From Penicillus capitatus (taxonomy: Eukaryota > Plantae > Chlorophyta): a stretch of 64,000 bases of DNA. The position numbers were made by a program, and so were the translations under genes. A model generated the notes under the pieces. The model searched no databases and had not been told where the DNA came from. It saw only the letters and a program-made list of their open reading frames with translations. Shown in pieces: positions 61,064 to 64,000 of the stretch; the first letter of the stretch is position 1; each line of letters begins with the position of its first letter. The DNA lies in contig OZ287701.1 in assembly GCA_965649825.1 (NCBI GenBank), positions 1,105,101 to 1,169,100 on the forward strand, given 5' to 3'.

Positions 61064-63477
61064 CTAGTTGTTGGTTCCATTGGATCTTGTTTCTGTTGGA
61101 AGGGCTCGGGTGGCGGACTTCAGCTGATTGAGAACGTCCTGCAGAAGAGACCATCTGAATCCACCGGCAGAGATCGTTGCTGATCAGAGCTTACATCCAA
61201 TTTCGTCGAGAGATGTCGGACTTCGCGTCTCAAGTCCTCCACTTCCAGATGCTGTTCGACTCCGTGGGCTGGATGTTTCATACTTGTGCTGCGAGAAACC
61301 CTTCATGCCACAGATGATGTCAAGACTGTCGATTCAGACAGAAGGCTAGGCTTACGCAGCTGTGTTCTTCTTCTCCTTCTCCACGGTCAGGAAATGAAGA
61401 TAACGCTTCGGATCTGGCGTGATGAACTTGGTAAACGGCAAACCGTACATCTCGTTGATGGCTTGGGCTCTTCCCCTGTAAAGCTGCGCCATTTTGTCTC
61501 CCGCCGTCTGGGCGATGAGACATATATTGAGTGACACAGAATGCAAGACACATGGCGGCACACCTCGCTGTAGGCCTGGGACATTGCAGCGATGAGCAGG
61601 TTCAGAACCGTAATCGTCATCAGGATTTGGAATCCGAAGAAAAAAATAAACTTAACCCACGAGGACTTTGCATGGAAGATATAGTGAAGCTCGAAGTTTC
61701 CAAAGATGATCTGAAATGTCGTCGTCAGTAGTTTCTTCACGTTCCTAAACTCTTCGTGACACTCGTGATATTGCTGCAGAGCACAGAGCCGATGATTCTG
61801 TTTGCCAGATAGAATATTGAAGGGCAGACCTCGTCGTGTCGGTAAAGAGATCCGATACAAAGGGAGGCGGCCACACCAGCAATTAAGATATACACAATCC
61901 ACATTCGCACGGCATAGATAACCTCGATAGCAGAGTCCAAAAAAGTTGATCCTTCCCCCAGTAGCCTGAGAAAATGGGCACACACCATCCTTCGATTGTC
62001 TCGGCGACAAGTCTTAGGCGTTACCTGAAGTAGCGTTGTACTTGGATGAGAAGAAGTATGGTCTGGGTGGCCAGCAGCCATCCAAACCATTCCTCGGTCA
62101 GGCCTTGATTTGTCATGTGAAGAATAAAGATGACAGCTTGGAGGACCTGCAGACAGATGTCTGCCAGATTCTGCAGCTCAAACCACCAAAATTTCTGCGT
62201 CGCCATGGACCAGAGCTCTTGAATAAGGAATGGACACGAGCAGACAAAGCAAATGATGTTGGTGATGTGTGTCAGCAGAGTAATGGTGCTATCGCCAGAG
62301 AAGGCTCCGGAGTCATGCTCAATATCACAGAGGAACTCTTCTTTTAGTTCACCGCACGTTTGCGCCCCGTGACCATGCTGTCTCTTGTTTGCGAAGAGTA
62401 GTTGTCTTTCTTTACTAAAGGAATCAGAATACGCGTAGCCGACTACAGGCTGGTCGTCGACGGCAACAGTAGAATTCGCACTGGCATCTGTGCTGTTGTT
62501 GGAATACGAAGGACAATGCGTCCGAGAATCCTACAGCACAGAGTCCGTCCATGTCGACCGAACGAAGGCAGGAGAACAAACAATATAGAGGCAGATGTAG
62601 AGACCGAAGGATACGGTCCAGATCAGGAAGATGCAGAAAACGGCAAGGAGGAAGCGTCGTGCCCAGTGACTCCAGTGATAGTCGACCACAGCACGAACAG
62701 CCGGAAACTCCCAGACCGAACTCGTGGCAGCACCGGAGCCGGATTTCTGGAGAAGAAGGGAGAGCAGATTCCCTTCCTTGGGATTTGCAATATCTCGCAT
62801 GCAAACGACATACGCTGTCAGTGTCACCATCTCTTCCCAGCCCACTACACACCACAGACACAGCTGACCCCAGGGTCATCCGTCTCGATGGGCTCCCCAC
62901 CATCGATGTGTTGTATGTTCCTCGTCACGCGTCCCGCGATGAACTCCGTCCAGTTCGCCTCCCAGTAGGGATCATCTGCCAGATCCGAACATCGCGTCAG
63001 GAAATTGCATCGATTAAAGGCACGCAGGATGTCAGAGTCCTATCGAGATGCATCGTCTCGTGGTATCGAGGAATGACGATTTTGACTGACCTTTGCCTTG
63101 AATGTGCCTTGTTTTGCGACGAGCATGTTTTTCAGAACAGTCAGCACATCATCTGGACATGCATCGATAAGATCCTGAAGCGAGCATTCGGTCCTCAACA
63201 TCAGCCTAAGACAGCCACAGTTGCACACAGCACGACCGCTGCGGTACGTCTACACTGTTGCTGGATCGACATCGACACAATCCTCAGGAAACACCGATTC
63301 GCTAAACGGCGACGCGGCGCTCGGCAAAAATGTGTCGATTTCGGATGGCTGAGTCAGAATGGATGTAGTGCGCCCATAAGACTTCTTGTAGTCGATTTTT
63401 TCTTCCTCTTCGTCTACCCGCGCCAGTTGCTGGTGGAGATGCGAGACAGGCGAGTTCTTTCCTCTCCAGTTTTGCAT
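61064..63477 (-). CDS. TRP-family cation channel, paralog E (B-type)
   Basis: Near-identical to B/C, with in-frame insertions in the N-terminal patch and S1-S2 loop. Confidence 0.83.
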
Positions 63478-64000
63478 GTCTTCTCAAATTGGCGTGCGAA
63501 CGGCGGTCGACTCAAGAAAGCTGCGACGACGCGGGAACGAATAACACGCGGACTTTGGACGTTTTAGCAGACGGCTTATGGATGTCTAGGGCTCAGCGCT
63601 AAAACGACTGCCTCAGTCGAATGATACTGCCGATCCGAACAAACTTACTCTCTTCAACGGCGTGATGCAGCATGATGTCATAAAAGCTTCCAGAAATGCC
63701 GCGCGGGTACCTCTCATCCACCAGTAAGGCCAACAGCTTCCTGCTCCACTGCGGTTAAGTCGCGATGACGTAACAGCATCGAAGTGAACCATGCTGACTA
63801 GGAACCCAGCTAAGAACGCAGTCATCGCCTTGTGGCGTCTGATGCATCCCTGAACTACACATCTGAACTACACATGAACACACTCAGCACATGTCGTACG
63901 ATCGCCCAGCAGTTGGTTGTGACTTGCCATGGGCGACGGACATTGCAAATCATACTCTTAACCACAAGACAAGACGGTACAGACGCGTCTTTGTTCGTCG

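Noticed and set aside
1-64000. Non-standard genetic code (TAA/TAG = Gln, as in some ulvophytes)
   Set aside because: Intact genes end in TAG/TAA at expected positions, and intact ORFs, including the ~1470-aa polyprotein, contain no in-frame TAA/TAG. In-frame stops occur only in decayed elements.
1-64000. CRISPR array, rRNA or prokaryotic operon/defence system
   Set aside because: No regularly spaced short repeats and no rRNA-like sequence were seen; genes are intron-containing eukaryotic genes.

Overview
Eukaryotic nuclear DNA, most likely a green alga (SBP-box gene, chlorophyte-type TRP channels, ~50-nt introns, standard genetic code). It has two compartments. (1) Bases 1-10.2 kb are an extremely compact gene block: Misato (partial), mitochondrial carrier, PP2A B'' subunit, SBP-domain factor, a Gly-rich protein, tRNA-Glu(UUC), a spondin-domain protein and a divergent aspartate-aminotransferase-like gene. 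(2) Bases 10.3-64 kb are a retroelement-rich region in which a host cassette, TRP channel(+) / GT64 glycosyltransferase(-) / TRP channel(-) / torsin-like pseudogene, occurs in three complete or partial copies (~14.8-24.9, 35.7-41.1 and 58.2-63.6 kb). The copies are separated by nested Ty3/Gypsy elements, solo LTRs and LINE fragments. Highlights: TRP paralogs differ mainly in a hypervariable S1-S2 loop; one young, intact single-ORF Gypsy element has TG...TA ends and a 5-bp TSD; three elements carry a dUTPase-like domain between protease and RT; a TSD-flanked ORF1-only LINE derivative; a LINE family with a non-catalytic RNase H; and a solo LTR carrying a heat-shock element. All family assignments come from motif recognition and by-eye alignment, not database searches. 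Exon boundaries and some starts and ends are approximate.
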